Of a DNA stretch of 64,000 bases, positions 62,521 to 64,000 are shown piece by piece (position 1 is the stretch's first letter; the number at the start of each line of letters is the position of its first letter). The notes under the pieces were generated by a model that did not search any database, had not been told where the DNA came from, and was given only the letters and a program-made list of their open reading frames with translations. The stretch is taken from NCBI GenBank assembly GCA_039585235.1, contig JBDGWG010000003.1, positions 20,461-84,460 of the forward strand, written 5' to 3'. This DNA is from Gemmatimonadota bacterium. GTDB lineage: Bacteria > Gemmatimonadota > Gemmatimonadetes > Palauibacterales > Palauibacteraceae. Made by a program: the position numbers and the translations under genes.

Positions 62521-63248
62521 GCGCGCAGAGCGTTCTGAGGGCCGAAGGCCTGGTCAAGACTTTCGGCAAGCGGCGTGTAGTGGACAGAGTCGACCTGGAG
62601 GTTCGCCAGGGCGAGATCGTAGGCCTTCTCGGACCCAACGGGGCAGGGAAGACCACCACCTTCTACATGATCGTGGGACTGCTCGCGGCGAACGCGGGCC
62701 GCGTCTATCTGGACCGGAAGGAGTTGACCCGGGTGCCGATGTACCGGCGCGCTCGGGCGGGAATCGGCTACCTGTCGCAGGAGCCATCGATCTTCCGTCG
62801 CCTGACGGTCGAACAGAACGTGATGGCGATTCTACAGACGCTCGACATGACCCGCTCTCAGCGATACCAGCGTCTGGACGAGCTTCTGGGGGAGCTTTCG
62901 ATCGGGCACCTGAGGAAGAGCAAAGCCGATTCGCTGTCCGGTGGCGAGCGGCGAAGGCTCGAGATCACACGTGCCCTGGTGACCAGCCCCAAGTTCATGC
63001 TTCTCGATGAGCCGTTCGCCGGGGTCGACCCGATCGCAGTGGACGACATTCAGCGCATCGTGGCCGAGCTAAGGGAACGCGGGCTCGGCGTGCTGATCAC
63101 GGACCACAATGTCCGCGAGACGCTCTCGATCACCGACCGTGCCTACCTGATGTTCGACGGTCGAATCCATATCGAGGGTCCGGCGGAGAAGCTCGTCGAG
63201 GATCCGGAGGCTCGCAAGATGTATCTGGGACTCGACTTCGAGCTATAG
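62517..63248 (+). CDS. lptB: LPS export ABC transporter ATP-binding protein
   Basis: Walker [13 protein letters not shown] signature [11 protein letters not shown]. Walker [11 protein letters not shown]. 243 aa. Followed by rpoN. Confidence 0.9.
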   Translation: MSAQSVLRAEGLVKTFGKRRVVDRVDLEVRQGEIVGLLGPNGAGKTTTFYMIVGLLAANAGRVYLDRKELTRVPMYRRARAGIGYLSQEPSIFRRLTVEQNVMAILQTLDMTRSQRYQRLDELLGELSIGHLRKSKADSLSGGERRRLEITRALVTSPKFMLLDEPFAGVDPIAVDDIQRIVAELRERGLGVLITDHNVRETLSITDRAYLMFDGRIHIEGPAEKLVEDPEARKMYLGLDFEL

Positions 63249-63382
63249 ACTACTCGCCCCACCGGTCGGCGCGCGGCGCTCATGCAAGGGGTGTGCCGTG
63301 CGGACCCCGTTCGCTATCTTACTTACATGCAGCACGGCCCGAGGGTCGCCAAACGAGATCAAGCGGAGTAACCAGGTAGCAC

Positions 63383-64000
63383 ATGGCCACTTTCAAGAGG
63401 GGGCTCTCACAGAGCCTCGGCATGCGGCAGGAGCTGAAGATCAATCCTCGCCTGTACCAGGCGATGGATCTGCTCTATATGCCGCTGCTGGATCTACAGG
63501 CTCACCTCAAGCTAGAGGTCCTGGTCAATCCGTTCCTCGAGTTCACTGAAATGGCCGAGGAAGAGATCCCGGAGGAAGCGCAGGAAGAGGAGGAAGACGA
63601 GGACGAGGTCGATTGGGAGGAGATCCTCCTCAACGGCTTTGACGCGGGCGGCCGTCGCAGCCAGTACGAGGACAAAGAGCATTACATGCCCACTCCCGCA
63701 GCGCCGCCGGATCTATGGGAGCACCTGCGCGAGCAGCTGAACCTTCTCAAGCTGGGGCCGAGGGAGTTCGCGCTCGGCGAGGAGATCATAGGCAACATCG
63801 ATCGCGAAGGGTTCCTGGCTTGCAGCCTGGAAGAGGTGGTCGGTGCCGCGAACACGTGGCTAGCCGAGAGCGAACCGGAGTTGTGGGCTGAGATGGAGCC
63901 TTTCACGTTGGACGAGGCCGAGTCCGTGCTCGGGATCATCCAGGGCTTCTATCCGAGCGGTGTCGGAGCCCGTGACCTCCAGGAAACTCTGCTGATCCAG
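63383..64000 (+). CDS. rpoN: RNA polymerase sigma-54 factor, N-terminal part (continues beyond the window)
   Basis: Region I motif LSQSLGMRQELKINPRLYQAMDLLYMPLLDLQAHLKLEVLVNPFLE, followed by an acidic linker. Conserved lptB-rpoN adjacency. The frame is open to the window end. Confidence 0.8.
   Translation, partial: MATFKRGLSQSLGMRQELKINPRLYQAMDLLYMPLLDLQAHLKLEVLVNPFLEFTEMAEEEIPEEAQEEEEDEDEVDWEEILLNGFDAGGRRSQYEDKEHYMPTPAAPPDLWEHLREQLNLLKLGPREFALGEEIIGNIDREGFLACSLEEVVGAANTWLAESEPELWAEMEPFTLDEAESVLGIIQGFYPSGVGARDLQETLLIQ

Noticed and set aside
63298-63549. 83-aa ORF in the lptB-rpoN spacer
   Set aside because: It is in a different frame from, and overlaps, the well-supported sigma-54 N-terminus starting at 63383; its Ala/Gly/Pro-rich composition is not protein-like.

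Overview
This is a high-GC (about 65-70%), very gene-dense bacterial chromosomal segment. Nearly all genes are on the + strand and almost all are core housekeeping genes. I annotated 72 protein-coding features and no RNA genes, CRISPR arrays or mobile elements. Recognisable blocks, in order: gmk(3' end)-rpoZ-coaBC; a family-4 UDG; dnaB; radA; ispD-tsaC-LMW-PTP-aroE-comF; gap-pgk-tpiA-secG; rnhA(-); carA; sppA; an HU/IHF protein; an aminotransferase(-); orfX-moaD-moaE-moaA; mdh; a two-gene hypothetical module; an HD-GYP protein(-); a disrupted DUF423 gene; dcd(-) and an alpha/beta hydrolase(-); a complete nuoA-N operon with fused nuoCD and a short nuoG; a phosphomannomutase and an orphan carbamate kinase; sucCD-ndk; yceD-rpmF-plsX-fabD-fabG-acpP-fabF (no fabH); two tandem MqnC/MqnE-type radical-SAM genes; purE, ispF, dedA, xerD, a nitroreductase and a secreted beta-helix protein; pyrG; and kdsA-kdsC-kdsD-lptC-lptA-lptB-rpoN(5' part). 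The LPS-export and Kdo genes indicate a diderm organism; the taxon cannot be fixed from sequence alone. I see no canonical defence or mobile system. The most unusual loci are: (i) a terminator-flanked pair of an NfeD/YqiJ-like membrane protein plus an all-helical lipoprotein; (ii) a signal-peptide beta-helix/putative beta-barrel protein with poly-G tracts; (iii) a DUF423 gene with an internal deletion and frameshift; (iv) an unknown 90-aa ORF translationally coupled to moaD; and (v) a near-consensus sigma-70 promoter with a CRP/FNR-type palindrome ahead of nuoA. All calls rest on reading the six-frame translations and the DNA by eye; no database search was possible.
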